A stretch of 56,714 nt of DNA, filler included, from Jimgerdemannia flammicorona (taxonomy: Eukaryota), in assembly GCA_003990765.1 (NCBI GenBank). It is 3 parts of 3 records of this genome, joined end to end, with 100 filler letters (N's around TTAATTAATTAA, not from the genome) between each part and the next. Parts side by side here need not be neighbours in the genome. Positions count along the whole stretch, not along the records: positions 1 to 18,840 come from RBNJ01002095.1; 2 more parts are not named here. The stretch is one strand, 5' to 3'. The first letter of the stretch is position 1, and each line of letters begins with the position of its first letter. A model generated the notes under the pieces. It did no database searches and was not told the DNA's origin. It worked only from the letters and a program-made list of their open reading frames with translations. A program made the position numbers and the translations under genes. Positions 1-14,154 of this stretch are shown here, in pieces.

Positions 1-1985
1 AGTCTCATGGACTTCTTTCTTATTAATACGCCCTGTCTATCCCCTATATAATATAATGAACCCACCCCTACCCAATCCCCCTAGAGGGCCCCCTCCCTCT
101 ATACTCTCCTGATTAAAGACTATAAGATCATTAGCCACCACTATGTATCTACCCACTACTCTGTTTATAGATCCCTTTTACCAAGTGATGATGGCACTCA
201 CCCTAGGCACTCCATCCAATCTACCACCCAGTTAGCAAATCCCCCAACAACCCCTCCCAATGTAATAACTTCTCCTACAAAACCAGCTAGTATCTCTCCT
301 CAAAAACAAAGAGCCAATGTCCATCCAGCCCCACCCATATAGCTAAAACCCAGTCTACAGTAAGCTATTCATTATCTACACCATCCACCAATCTAGCTCT
401 CAAATCTTCCCAGCAACCTCTCTCCCCATCAGGTCTCCTTCTCACACCCAGCCTGTCCCCCACTGCTATCTAAAAATTCTTCAGAACCTCACACTCACAC
501 AGTCAATATTCTGGCATCTGCACAAATCCCCCAACTTATCCTATATTGTAATACTCCTCACATTCTAATTATCTGTCATCTATCAGATGACCAGCACAGA
601 AATTCAACTTGACATTTCTCTATAGTATCTGCCACCATACTACCCAGAACTTGAGAGAAAGCCACCTCTGCACCTTAACACTCCATGACCTGACTCCTGC
701 CCAGTCCCACTCCTTGCCAATCCTTACTGCCTGCCAACTGTTTGGCCAAAGGTTCTGACCAAGGCTCCACTGGTACTCCACTCCATCACTAATATCAAAT
801 ACAGCAAGTTGAGTATCCCCCAAAAGCAGTCTGTCCTATCTCTATATAGCCAGTCTCCACAGTATCTCCCTCTTATTGATATGCCAGTGCAGGCCTATAT
901 AGTATACTCTATCCACCATCCCCCACTAGAAGCCTTTATATTATAGCCACCAGCTTCCACCCGGGTCCACCAGAGACAGCAAATCACCTGAGGACCCCTA
1001 TGGGGTGAATCTCATCTCCCATACCTTCTGCATCAGCAGTACCCATTCTCCTTCCCTCAGTTCAACAGCCCATTTCAACCACTATGCTCTCAGACAGTAT
1101 AGCCTCTTAGGAAAATCCACTAGCTCTAGCCCTTCATGAACTACTAATATTGTAAGGGTGTCCCAACTAATCTGAGACTATCTCTTTGTCCAAATTTAAT
1201 TCCTAGCCATTTTCATCAGTCTCTTCACCACTCAAGCCAGAAAATTCAGATTATAAGCTATATACCATAGCTTAGAGAATCAGTAGACATTCAGAATTGA
1301 GACCTGGCCTGCAAAGGAGATGTGGCAACCTCCCCAGCCTCTCTGAGCCTCCCCCCAGAAGGCCACCCTTCTCTCCCACCATACTCATGGCAAGACAGAA
1401 CTATATACTGAAAGGAAGACACCCAAATACTGCACTGCCTCTCCTGCAGAGACAATTGTTCCAATGATATCCCTATCTACAAGTCCATTTCCCAACATCA
1501 TTGTCTCACACTTGTGCCAGTTGAGTTTTGCTCCAGAATGTGCTTCATACTATTCTACTGTTTCCTTAAGTATCTCAATATCTGCCACTAAACTAAGGCC
1601 AATCACTATGTCATCTGCAAAGGCCCCCACCTTCTACACCATACCATATATAGAGAGCCCTTCTATCTTTTGTTGAATTCTATCCAATAAAGGTTCTAAT
1701 GAAAGGGCATAAAGGATAGGAGACAGTGGATCCCCCTGAGAGACTCTTCTCTCCAGGAGAAATACCAGCCCCCAATGTTCATTACATATCAGTACTATTC
1801 TACTGACCTCCAATAGACACAAAATAGAAGTCTAAAAGAGTGGGGGAACTCTAATTCTGTCCAACACTCTGCCCAGCCACACCTACTGAATATAGTCATA
1901 GGCCTTCTCCTGATCTAAAAAGACCAGTCTCTCATCGAGTCTACTAGCCCAGACCCCTTCAATGATGCCATGATTCCAGATAGCT
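1..1985 (-). mobile_element. Degenerate L1/Tx1-like LINE, 3' part of ORF2 (RT to C-terminus)
   Basis: Minus-strand RT motifs QGDPLSPILYALSLEPL (ORF 1634-1822) and decayed FLDQEKAYD and FADD; colinear with 18941-20700; many stops. Confidence 0.9.
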
Positions 1986-4900
1986 TGAGGCAGTAGGAGG
2001 ATGTAGAGACTTGTTCAGTAATCTCAAAAGGTCTAATATACTTGGGTTGGAACTTGTTTGAAGGATGGTTAACTTAAGATCATATCTTGAGATTCTTGGT
2101 AGACATTAGAACTTAATCTCCAATAGCATAAGTGATATCACAGTATTTCTTATTAATATACTTAGCTTAATGCTGTTGAGTCTTCTGAAGATTTGCAGTA
2201 ACAATCTTAAGTAGTTTGTCCATTTTGTCTGTAAGGCTCTTAGTGGTAGGGACTTGTATTTGACTACTTTTCTATAAAGGGAATATACTTGTAGGGGTCT
2301 CAGAATCTTAACCATGGAGTAACTGGAAAGGGGAAAGACCAGTAGATGATGGGACAGTATTGTTGTATGTAAACTCTATATAAGTCTAATAGTGATCCCA
2401 ATCATCTTACTCATAAGAAATATAGTTTATAAGCATTTGTTCTAGAGTTCTGTTCATATGCTCAGTTTGTCCATCAGTTTGTAGTTTAAAGGCAGTAGAC
2501 ATAGCCAACTGAGTTCCCAGAGTCTTGAAGAGAGTTTATCAGAAGTGACTGGTGAACTTGGGATCATGATCACTGACAATTACTTATAGTAGACCATAGT
2601 GACAGAAGATGGACTTGAAGAAGATTCTTGCAATCTCAGGTGCAGTAGTATTGGTTGTGGTTAGTTCAGCAACCATAGTCTTGGTCAGATGTTCAATGAG
2701 TATGATGATAGCATTAGCACCAGATTGAATTCATAGTAGTTGAGTTATAAAGTCCATAGTGACTTGCTTGAACTTCTTAGTAGGGATTGGCAGTGGCTAT
2801 AGCAAACTGGCAGATACTTGGTTGGTAGACTTATTGCACTGGTATAGATTACAGCTAGCAATATAGTTCTTAATTTCCTTGACCATACTTGGCCAATAGT
2901 AGTAGTATTAGATATTCTTGACAGTCTTCTTGATTTCCAGATAACTGGCAAGAGGGGAGTCATAGTATTCTGTAAAACCTTATAGTGTAGGTTCATGTTT
3001 TCAGATAGATAGACTTGGTCTTGATGATAGATCAGATTATTCTTAATAGTATATGTATCCTTGAGCTTATTTGAGAAAACTCTAGTGGCAACTGTATCTT
3101 CTTTGTAAGTATACCTAATTTGGTCTAGAAATTCTAATTCCAAGGTAACCTATATGATTGTGGCAAGGTCAGGGTATCTTGATAAGGCATCCAGTACTAT
3201 AAGTATCTTACCAGGCTTATAGATGATCATTGGGTTGAAGGTTTGAAGCTTGAGACTCCACTTGTCTTATAGATATAACAGAGTAGGTTTGGTGTTGATA
3301 TACTTGAGGAATTGATGGTCAGTAATAACATCAAACTCAATACCTTCTAGATAGCATTACCAGTAGTCTAGTATATACAGTAATTTCTTCTCATAAGTGG
3401 CTAGCTTTTGTTCAGCTAGAGCCACCTTACAGAACTTGAATGTTATAGGATGATGTTCTTTGCCATCATCTTGTAACAGGACTGCTCCAATGACAAAATT
3501 TAATGCATCTATAGTGAACATAAATTTTAGGCTTTGATTTGCATTATATAGGACTGGAGCATGGGTCAGATAGTTCTTGAGTTCTTGAAAGGCTTATTGA
3601 TAGAAGATATCCCAGGTGTAGGGTACATAGTGGTCTAAGTGTGGAGCCTTCCTCATGAGGTTAGTTAGTGGCTCAGTAATGCTAGAGAAGTTTCTGACAT
3701 AGTAGCTATAGTAGTCAACTAGACTAAGAAAGAATCAGAGTTCAATGAGGTTTGATGAAATGGGTTATTCTACAATTACTTCTATCTTGTATAGGTCTAC
3801 TTGAATTCCTTATACAGAGACAATGTGGCCAAGGTATTTGACTTATTCCTTAAAGAATTCACACTTTTTGAGCTTGGTGTAGAGCTTGTGTTTTCATAGA
3901 ATCTTCAGGACTATTTGAATGTATTTGAGATATTCTTCTTTAGTTGTACTAAAGATTAGGATATTGTCAAGATATACCAATAAGAAAATAAATAGTTGGT
4001 CATTGAATATCTTATTCATCAGGGTCAGTAATGTGGTGGGTATATTGGTGAGACCAATTACTAGAACCAGGAATACAGTCTTGGGAATGTCTTCTGGCTT
4101 GATTCAGATCTGATGGTATCCTGATATAAGGTCTAACTTGGTGAAGTACTTGGCATTCTTGAGAGTATCAAAGATTTGATCAATTAAGGATAGCAGATAG
4201 TAGTTCTTGACAGTAAGCTTGTTTAGTGTATAGTAGTTTATATATATTTACAGGGTACTATCTTTCTTCTTGACAAATAGAACTAGTGAGCCATAGGAAT
4301 ATTTGCTTGGCTGAATGGCTTCTTGTGTAAGTAGTTCTTCTAGTTTCTTCCTAACTGCTTCTATTTCAAGTAGTGAAATATAGTATATGTATTTCTTAGG
4401 TAATTTAGCTCCTGGGGTTAGTTTAAATTCATGATCAACTTCTCATATAGGCAGTATATCAGGTAGCTTATCTGGAAAGATATCCTTGAATTCTTCTAGC
4501 AGTAACTTGATGCTTTCATTGACTAATAGTCCTTTGTCTTATTTCTTGAGGTGAACTATTATAATAAAGATATATATTATCTTTTTGAGTGATCTTTTGT
4601 TTTATATTGCTGATAGTATTGTAATCTGAGTCTTGCTTATGGTCTTGTCTATCTTGATTATGATGTTGACTCCATCTTGAAGTAAGGTAACTTCATTCTT
4701 GCATCAATTAATATCTAGGTTGTGTTTTATAAGTTAAGGTTTTCCTAAGATCAGATCATGATCTCCTAGTAGTGTAACCTCAAAGTCCATTTGTTCCCAA
4801 TATTTCTGAATCTTGATGGGTAGTTTGACAGCAATTGACTCAATGGGGTATAAAGTACCATCTGTAGTGACTATACTATTGTTCTTAGATGTAGGCTAAG

Positions 4901-5049
4901 TGAGGATCTTGAGACTTTCAATGAGATTCTGGTTGATGAAGTTCCCTACAGCTCTGCTATCTATAAGTACTTATACTTCTTTTCTTTTGACTAGTTCTTT
5001 TGAAAATGAGTATAGCTTGAGGTTGATTTTCACTAAAACTTGCTGCTTG

Positions 5050-5460
5050 ATCAATACTATCAAAGCCTTTTTAGTCTTACTTAGTTTTAGAGAGTTCTTA
5101 GACTTCTGTAATCTTGAGTTGACTGGCTTTTTCTAGGATTATTTGTGCAACTCAGTCTCCTTCTTTGACTGTGTAGTTTTGATCATTCTGGTTGACAAGC
5201 AGATCTTGAACTTATTCTCAAAAGTCTGGGTCAATGACACCAGGTCCTATATCTAAGTAATGTTTGATACTAAGTTCTGATTATAATGCAATCTGGCATA
5301 ATGTCCTTCAGGACATTGAATTGCAATTCCAGTAGGCACCAGAGTTTAGCCCTTAGCTGGAATGATTACTTGTTTGATAAAGTATAGGTCAAGATCAATG
5401 GCTCCTACTGTTTAATTTTGAGAAACCTGGGTCTTCAGATGAAGCTTCTTGATCTTGAGC
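5050..5460 (-). pseudogene. dut: dUTPase domain of Gypsy 1, between zinc knuckle and protease
   Basis: Decayed motifs GAIDLDLY, VPTGIAIQCPEGHYAR, GVIDPDF, GD*VAQIIL, KGFDSID. Confidence 0.85.
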
Positions 5461-5966
5461 TTAGATTGACTAGTAGTAGGGTTAACAGATGTATTTTTGG
5501 AAAACATAGTGACTGGTCTAGAGAGTTCACTGGTCTTCTTAGGATATTTGGTTGCAATGTGTCCTGTTTGGCAATAGAAGAAACAGGCTCCTGATTTCTT
5601 CAGTTGGTTCTTTTTTTCAGAGATAAGCTTGGTGTTCTTTTTGTTCATGATATCTAAGTTCATTAGTATCAGATCAACTATCCTTGGTTGGTTTCTGTAG
5701 TGGTTCTTGAAGTGGTTCTTCTTACAGTATTTTGGTTCAAAGTGGTTACCAAAGGTGATAACATCAAACCTATTGGCAATTCTCATAACTTCATCAAGAT
5801 TCTTATACTCTTTTAGCTTAATGTTGACTCATGTATTTCCTTTCAGGCCTCAGATATAGCAGTCTATCTTTTTGTCCTCAAATATTGCTGATAGTTCAAG
5901 CAGAATTGATAGGAATTATACATTATAGCTTTGTACAGACTTAAGCTACTTAATGTTCACTAGCTT

Positions 5967-7133
5967 TACCCCTTTCTCCACTACCTTACCAGTTACAATA
6001 GTTTGATAGGCAACCTTCTGAGTCCACTTTCCACAATTATTACCCCCTCTACCTTGAGTTGGTTTATTATATCTATTGTAGAGCAGTAGGAGGGAGGCAA
6101 TGATGATGAGTTGCCTCTTTATCAGTATCAGATTAGTGTCTTCTCTACTTTTTTATAGTTTCTGATACCTTTGGCTGCATCTGAAGTATATCCATTTTGG
6201 TGTAGCACCTTCTTCCTTTTGCTATCACCAATAAGATACTATCTTGATATATCTTAGACTATATAGGGAGTTGGCTGATCTTGGGTATTATATGCTTAGT
6301 ATAGATTACCTGCAGGTCCTCAGTACCTATGGTGGTGTCTGCTGGCTTTGGTGAGCTACCTGGTAAGTACAGTTCTGACATAGGTGACTGCTTTTCAGGT
6401 ATTGTTGGGATGAGAGGAGAGATGGCTATCATAGATAAGAGGAAGAGCAATAACAGTGAACCAGTAGGATATCAGGCTGGGGGTGGTCATTGAGGCTGGG
6501 GTGGGTGCTGCTTTGGTGGGGTCTTTTGATTGGTATGGAGCAGTTAGATGGTAGGTATCACTCTCAGCTTCTTTTGGTGATTCAGCAGATTGGGCCCCAG
6601 TTATTGTAGAGGGTCAGGGGGCCTGAGACTACTCATTTCAGGCATCTTGGCTGTACTCAACTGGAACTGGGAGCTGATACAGCAATGTGATTGAGGCCTG
6701 CTGGCTTAAGTAGTGGAGTATTAGGGGTCTCCTCCTGCCTCATATATAAGTCCTTTACTCATCTTGACTGAGAGAACCAGGCCCTACCCACTGTGATATA
6801 CTTTGATGAGAGTTTTTCTTTACCTGTCATTCTCTTTATTGTGATAGTGACTATTCTATTCAGCTCAGACATGGCCTTGTATATACATTGGAGTCTTGGG
6901 TATATGCTTTCAGTCATTGGCATATGGCTGAGTTCCCCCTGGTAGTAGGGAGAGCATGGTGCACAGAATGAGATACAGGCCAACTAGGCTTTACTGTGCC
7001 TAGTATAGTTGAGCTGCTAGACAATAGCTAGTCTAGATTAATGAGAGAACAGTGCTTGATAGGTGGTGGGGGAGGGTTTTGGCCTATATAGTCTAGGTTC
7101 TCTTTTAATAAAAATCTGCAAGACATTGAGTAC

Positions 7134-7178
<45 letters not shown>
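5967..7178 (+). mobile_element. Non-autonomous ~1.2-kb retroposon with LINE-derived 3' tail (SINE-like), copy 1
   Basis: Poly(A) 7137-7178; TSD tgttcactagctt (5954-5966) / tatttactagctt (7181-7193); homologous end to end to 9294-10482; last ~190 nt match the LINE 3' end at ~37600-37777. Confidence 0.85.
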
Positions 7179-7182
<4 letters not shown>

Positions 7183-7736
7183 TTTACTAGCTTATCCCTG
7201 GCTAGCTTGGTAGTATTAGCAGGCTTAAACTACTTATGAAGGGCTCTCTTGAAGGTATCCCAGTCTCTAATTCATATATATGAGTATATAGATGTAACTA
7301 TGATATAATTGTGCTAGCAAATGGCTGCATTTCCTTAAAGAAATATGGTGGCAAATTAGACTTACATATCATCTTCCATTTTTGTGATTTCGAAGTATTG
7401 GTCCAACTGGAAGATTCATATATCTATAGATAGTCCTCCTTGATGGCTAATAAAGATATCTGGCTTAAGTGGTTTGAAACTGACTAGTGTTATAGCAGAA
7501 TGTACTATACTTATAGCTTGTGTTTTCTGCTGTTCTAGCTATGCTTATAGTTCTTAAATTTGGTAGACCATAGCAGTGATCATATCTTCTATACCAAGTT
7601 ACTTTCCTTCAGCTTCTTCTGTATCAGAGGGGTCTGGCTAGTAGGCTGACTCTTTATGGCTCATTTTGGGTTGTATGACTAGTTGTAACTGGTTTCCAAA
7701 TTTGTGTGAGGTTTCTTAATAAGGTAAGGTGTAACT

Positions 7737-7750
7737 ATCTACTGCTATCA
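7737..7750 (-). promoter_or_regulatory. Primer-binding site, probably tRNA-iMet type (decayed TGGTAGCAG)
   Basis: Minus strand TGATAGCAGTAG next to the putative LTR end; matches TGGTAGCAGTGG at 48729-48740. Confidence 0.55.
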
Positions 7751-9293
7751 AGTATAATGATTCTAGTTTCTTTCAGAGGAAGTGGTTAAATCTGAAAGTT
7801 CTAGTTGGTCTAAAGTAGCTTGAAGAGATACTTAAAGATTCAAGTATTCTTGAAAGATTTCTGGGAGGAAATATTCTAAGCTTTATTTAGATAAAGAATA
7901 AGGATATTTATACAAGATCTGAAAGAAAGATCTGGAAGAATCTTGGAAAGAAAGAGAAATACCAAGAAATAGGTTTTCAGCAAGGCTGACTAATATGGTT
8001 CTACAATGTTCTGAGAAGTTCTATGGCTAGCTATGATAAGATACTTAGTGCCAAGAAAATACAAAAGTGTTCTAGTGATGTCTGGACACTGAGAGAAGAT
8101 TTCTAAGCAAGTAGAAGGTGGCAGATCATAGTAGAATGATTAAGAAATAATGAGAAAAGACTAATTAAAAAGATGCAAAAATATACTAAGACTAAATATG
8201 ACTGTGAAATTATTATATAGCTAGTAGATATTCAAAATAGAAACATGCTCTACCAGAGACTGGTGGTGGTCTCTCCAACTCTATAGGGTCTCTCCTCAAA
8301 TTGTAACCCACTGCTCCCACTAAGATCTTTGTAAGACTGATCCATATACTGAAAGATAGATGCCTAAGTATTACACTATCTCTCCAATAGGAACAATTGA
8401 TCTAATGATATCCTCTCTTATCAGACAATTGCCTAACACTATTGATTCAAACTCATACTAATTGAGTTTAGCTCCAGAGAGCATCTTATACTACTCAACT
8501 GTCCTCTTAAGTTCTTGATATTAGTGATCAAACTTAGACCAACTACCATATTATCTGCAAAAGCTCCAACTTTCCACCTAATCCTAAATACTGAAAGTCC
8601 TATTATCTTCTACTAAATTCTATCTATCAAAGGCTCCAAGAAAAGAGTATATAGAATAGATGACAATGGGTCCCTCTGGGAAACATCCCTATGTAGAGAG
8701 AATGCTCTCTCTCAATGTATATGGTATATGAGTATAACTCTACTCCCTTCTAGTAGGCTAACTATTACCACTCAGAACTGCTGAAGAACACCAATCCTAT
8801 CTAATACCTTACCAATCAGACCTATCTAATATGGTCATATGTCTTTTCCTGATCTAGGAAAACTAGTTACCTATACAGTCTATAGGCTCATATCTCTTTA
8901 ATAATACTATGTACCTAAGCTGTATCATCCCTAATGAGCTAAACTCCTATAAAGCCCCACTGCTCCTCACCAAAAACTTGTTGGGCCACTTTCTATAGCC
9001 TTACTACCATAATCTTAATAATCAACTTTCTATCTATGTTCAGCAGTATGATTGGCTGTCAGTTCTTCCAGTTCTCCCTCCTGCCCTTATTCTTATAAAG
9101 TAGTACTATTAGCCTCAGATCCAGCTTACCCACCTATCTTCCTGACTGTAGTACTAAGTCACAAAGCCCTATCAGCTCTTTCAGTACTCTAGATACTCTC
9201 ACCATCTTCTCCCAAAAGTCCCAGGATAGACTGTCCTCCCCTGGTGCTATGTCTAGCATAGTTGTGGCAAGAATCTAGTAAATCTCCTCCTTC

Positions 9294-10482
9294 TTTTTTT
9301 TTTTTTTTTTTTTTTTAATGGACTTATGTCGTGCAGATTTTTATTAGAAGAGAACCTAGACTATATAGGCCAAAACCCTCCCCCACCACCCACCAAGCAC
9401 TGCCCCTCCATTAACCTAGGCTAGCTATTATCCAGCAGCTTGACCATGTCAGGTGCAGTAGGGCCTATATTGGCCTGCACCTATTCTATGCATCACACTC
9501 TCCCTACCATCAGGGGAAATCCAACCATATGTCAATGACTGAAAGCACATGTCTGAGAACCCAATGTATGTACAAGGCCATGCCTGAGTCGAATAGAATA
9601 GCCCCTGCCACCCCAAAGAGAATGACAGGCAAAGAAAAACCCTCATCAAAGCACAATATGATGGGTAGGGCCTGGTTCTCCCAGTTGAGGTGAGTAAAGG
9701 ACTTATATGTGAGTGGGGGGAAATCTCCAATACTCCACTACTCAAGCCTGCAGGCCTCAATCACATTGCCATGTCAGCTCCCAGTTCTAGTTAAGTGCAG
9801 CCAAGATACCTAAAATGAGTAGCCTCGGGCCCCCCAACCCCCCCTGATAACTGGGACCCAACTCTGCTGACCGTCAAAAGAAGCTAAGAGTGATACCTAC
9901 TACCTAACTGTACCGCACCAATCAAAAGGCCCCACCGAAGCAGCACCTACCCCAGCCCCAATGACTGCCCCCAGCCTGATACCCACTAGTTCACTATTAT
10001 TGCCCTTCCTCCTATCTGTGACAGCCATCTCCCCTTCCATCCTGACAACATCCAAAAAACAGTCACCTATGCCAGAACTACACTTACCGGGAAGCTCGCC
10101 AAAGCCAGAGGGCCCCACTACAGGTACCAAGGACCTACAGATAACCTATACTGAGTACTTGATGCCCAAGGTTGGCTGACTCTCTACATAGCCCAAGACA
10201 TACCAAGACAACTCCTTGTTGGCAATGGCAAAAGAAAGAAGGCGTTGCACTAAAACGGGTATACCCCAGATGTAGCTGAAGGTACCAGAATCCATGAAAA
10301 AGTAGAGGAAGCACCGATCTGACACTGATAAAGGGGCAACTCATCATCATTGCCCTCCTCCCACCATACCCTTGCAGGCACAGCAAATTAACCTGAGATA
10401 GAGGGGGTAATAATAGGGAAAAGGGGACTCAGAAGGTCACCTACCAAACCTTGTGACCAGTAAGGTAGTAGAGAAAGGAGCT
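9294..10482 (-). mobile_element. Non-autonomous ~1.2-kb retroposon (SINE-like), copy 2
   Basis: Poly(T) from 9294; 16-bp TSD gtaaatctcctcc(t/c)c at 9278-9293 / 10483-10498; same 5' end as copy 1. Confidence 0.88.
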
Positions 10483-11951
10483 GTAAATCTCCTCCTCCTA
10501 TATAGGTATTACTAAGCTATCCAGCCCCTCTGCTTATAGTGGGTACCAATCCTCCAAAGCATGATCAATGATAGTAACATCAGCCCCACCCTCCTCCTCA
10601 TTCTATAAACCACTCCACCTCTTCTTTAATGAACTAAGAATGTCTTATATATCATGCTCAAGCAGACTATTAAAATCCAGTACTCCCTCCTACCTCTGCT
10701 TAACTCTCCTTACCCAAAGGGCCCTCATGAGATATCTAGAGGGCCTCTCTCCTTCCTCTAGCCCCTGTCAATGTAACTGTGCCACCAAACTCTGTATCTG
10801 TACCTTTTTCTCCTCCTATAATACCTGTTATAACTCCATAACCTCTATTTTTGCTCATATCAATCTCCAGTCCTCCATCCTCTCCAGGGCCAACAGATCT
10901 GCTAAATCTTCCAGAAGCCTAACCAGTCTAGTAGAAGCCCACCTCATCCTCTTTCTTCTCTGTCTTCTGGCTACCTTACCAGCTCACTCTAGTAGACCCT
11001 AGCAGCCTCTTTCAACCTTATCTACCAGATACTAACTGGAGCACCTTTCTGTATCCAACCCTCCACCCTATGCTAAATATTCTCAGCCCACTTGCTCCAT
11101 AGTACCTTGTCATCCAATAAAGAGAAATTAAGGTATTAATATCTAGGTCCATCCTCACTCCCCCCAAAGTGTCCTTGTCTCAGGAGCCTCTAATGATCAG
11201 ACCATGAATACCACTCAGCCTCTAGTAACTTCTAAACATCCAAACCACAGTAGTTTGCTATTAGAACTCAGTTAATCCTCATCTCCAAGCCACTTGCCCA
11301 GTATATATATACCCTCCTATTATCTCAGAACCCCCTGCCAGCATCTATCAAAGCACTCAGCCTCTCTACTTTCTCTCATACCTCTAAGCTACAACTCCTT
11401 ATCACAGCCCTCTACTCTTCATCAGTTCTATCCACCAACATATTCCTGATCATATTGAAGTCTCCTCTAAGTATATCCACTCCCACCTCTGTAAGGACCC
11501 CACTCTTTGGAAGACCCTTTACTCAATCTACATACTCACTCTGCATAGTAGAGCAGTAGTAAGAATCCACTATAACTGGCTTCTAACCTGTTTATATCCA
11601 CTCTTTCCAAACCAGCCTATCTTTATAACTCCTTATATCTAGTATCTCCCCTCTACTCCTTCAGACCAGAATCCTAACCTTATCCTTTCAAACCACCTTT
11701 TTTCACTATTTCTTTGTCCATTCCAGTCTATCTAAATTATCCTCACATTAGATATCCTGCAAAAGAAAGAGATCAGCTTCTAATCTCTTCAGCTAAGTAA
11801 AAATATTCCAATATCAAAATGAACCCCATAGCTGATTCATATTCAAAGAAAAAATAGTGGTATTACTATTTATAAGAAATGTTGTAAAATATCAAATACA
11901 TCCTCTAATGTTCCATATTTATCTCCTTCTGCACCAAGTCCAGATTATATT

Positions 11952-12110
11952 TATGGAATAGAGTGGTTTTCTAGTATAAAAGTGAGAGGGGGGGCTCCCC
12001 TATAGAGATTGGATAGTAGGAGAAGATATTGTAATAATATTTATAGACTAGTAATAAATGGTAAAGTTTAAGTGACTTAGTAAAAAAAATAAAAATAAAA
12101 ATAAAAATAA
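11952..12110 (+). mobile_element. 5'-truncated LINE 3'-UTR fragment with (AAAAT)n tail
   Basis: TSD core aagtccagat on both sides; resembles the reverse complement of the LINE 3' end at 44501-44620. Confidence 0.7.
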
Positions 12111-14154
12111 AAGTCCAGATAGTGTTCTGCTGTCACCACCTCTTCTTCAACCCTCTTATCCTCCAATCCAACCAGTAGTTCAGCAAGTTTCTCATACTTC
12201 TTTTCCTTGAAGTCCTTACAATACTCCAAACAGATCTTCTGCCAGAGCTATAATCTATATCTCTCTATCTACCAGACAGCTTGCTCACCAGCAACAATTG
12301 CCAGCTCAGCCTCCCTCACCTTATCAATCTCATACCTCTCTTTTTCCAAGAAAAAAACAAGTACCTCCACCTTCAGAGCCTCCACCACTCTATCTTTATA
12401 TAAGATCTATACCTATTGCTCATTACTAAGTACTCATAGGTCTACTTTCCCCAACTCCTCTGCTGCCAAGTTGTTTATTATTTGACATATCTACTGAAGG
12501 TTATCTACCTCCCTTCTCCTTAAAGTCATCAGCCTCTCTTCCTCCAGTATAATGTATCAGTCCCAGTACTTATCATCTTATCCCACTCCTCTTTAGAGAA
12601 ATCTACCAGTTTATTTAAACTAGCTGCTACTACCTGTATCTCTTTTGCTATTTTAGAAACTCTAAAGTATATCCACTGGGCCCTCTATATGAGCACATTC
12701 TCTGCTACTTGGCCCCTTGAGGCTAGACCTCTCCTAATAAGAGAAGGGGTATTCTCCCAGATCTCTAATATACTATCTACATACAAGTTATTGCCAGCCA
12801 TCTCCTTGTCTACTTCTGGCCCTTACTCTATATTCTCTCCATCTTTGCTAGTCCAGATACTCACTTTGGTACTCTCCATGTCCTCAGTTTCACCAGCATC
12901 CTTCTTCACCCTACTCTCCAGCTTTGTCAGTAGCTCTTTCTATCTCTTGCATCCTTGGGATCTTTCCCACCACCCCTTATCTATATAGATCTGCTTCCCA
13001 TCCACTACCTCCAAATATATCAATACCAAATACACCTTCCAAGCCTTTGTCCTTTACTCTACTATACCACTCAACTCCTCTAGTATCTCTAACAAATCTT
13101 TCTCCTCCTCCTTACTCCCCTTCACTCTCATTACCTTATATAGGAATATCCTCTATACTATTACTGAATTCCAGTCTCTAGCCTTCCCGGTAGCTTCTCT
13201 CTCTACTAACTGAATCCAAATATCAATATTCTCAATTCTGAATGAGATCCCTTCTCAGACCCAGAACCTAATATTAACTACCTCACAATTCTTAGCCATA
13301 ACTTCCTTAACTCTCCTTCTCATCTCCACAGCTATCACTGTAGATACCTCTTTTACCAGAAGTTGTATCACCCTAGGGTCTCACCTCAAGTAGTATTCTA
13401 TTAGAACATACATCTTACCAATAGTTGGTCCAGTCTTCAGCATATTCTCCAATAGCTCTATCTTCTCAAAGCCCACCTTCACTTCTTCAAATCCCTTTAG
13501 GAACTTTATAGACAATGCTCTAGCCACTTGCTTAATAATTAGTTTAATACCATTTTTGCTATTACTACTAAGCCCCAGAAGTATAAGGTAACTGTGAACT
13601 TCAAAATTAACTTCTTGAGTAATGGGGCCACAGACAGACCCAGCACACCATCTACTAGATCACTTAACCTCATATCTATCCTATGACTCAGTCTACTATC
13701 AGCAGTCATATCAAGTTTTTTTTCCAGATTATCTATAATACTCCCATCAGCAGTTACTCCCCCACCCAATATACTGCCAGACCCCCTACCATGGCCTCTC
13801 AGAGGAGCTCCTCTCTTCTCTTTAACAACTACTTTCCCCTTCTCCAGCTCCAGCTATCCCTTCAGTCTCTTTGTCTGAGCTCTCATTTTGACCTTATTAG
13901 CAAAGGTCTACTATCTATTCTCCTACTATGTATCTCATTCCACCTCTTCTACCAACTCCAGCCCCTCTTTCTCTCAGAGAGACACTTGGTATCTCTAAGT
14001 CTATACCTTGCCCCTACCCCACATACTGTCAGTTAAAGGTGCTGGAGCTATCCTACTTTATATACTTCTTAGAAAGCTTATTGCTTACTATAATATTAGA
14101 ACTTTTCTACTGAAAATGTTATAGAAGTATTGTCTGAACCTTGATAAATACCTA

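Larger units (their letters stand above)
1986..8230 (-). mobile_element. Degenerate Ty3/Gypsy LTR retrotransposon 1 (gag-ZK-dUTPase-PR-RT-RH-IN), 3'-truncated, interrupted by a 1.2-kb insertion
   Basis: Minus strand: gag KPLKPDIF...WIFQLDQYFE (~7300-7480); ZK CFFYCQTGHIATKYP; PR LIDSRAVGN (~4950); RT VYLDN (~3965); RH/IN with IVSDHDPKFTSHF (~2550-2580). LTR outer boundary approximate. Confidence 0.88.
8240..14150 (-). mobile_element. Degenerate L1/Tx1-like LINE (5'UTR, ORF1, EN and RT of ORF2), 3'-truncated, with two nested insertions
   Basis: Colinear with 20100-24480: ORF1 APLLKKLILKFTVTLYFWGL; decayed endonuclease start ~11850; RT FADN ~8550. Confidence 0.88.

Noticed and set aside
1..8900. 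LINE 1-1985 and LINE 8240-14150 as one element split by Gypsy 1
   Set aside because: They overlap in homology over several hundred bp of RT, so they are separate copies; no TSD found
9449..10386. Protein-coding gene in the 1.2-kb retroposon
   Set aside because: Only short ORFs on both strands, frames not consistently shared between the two copies, no recognisable motif
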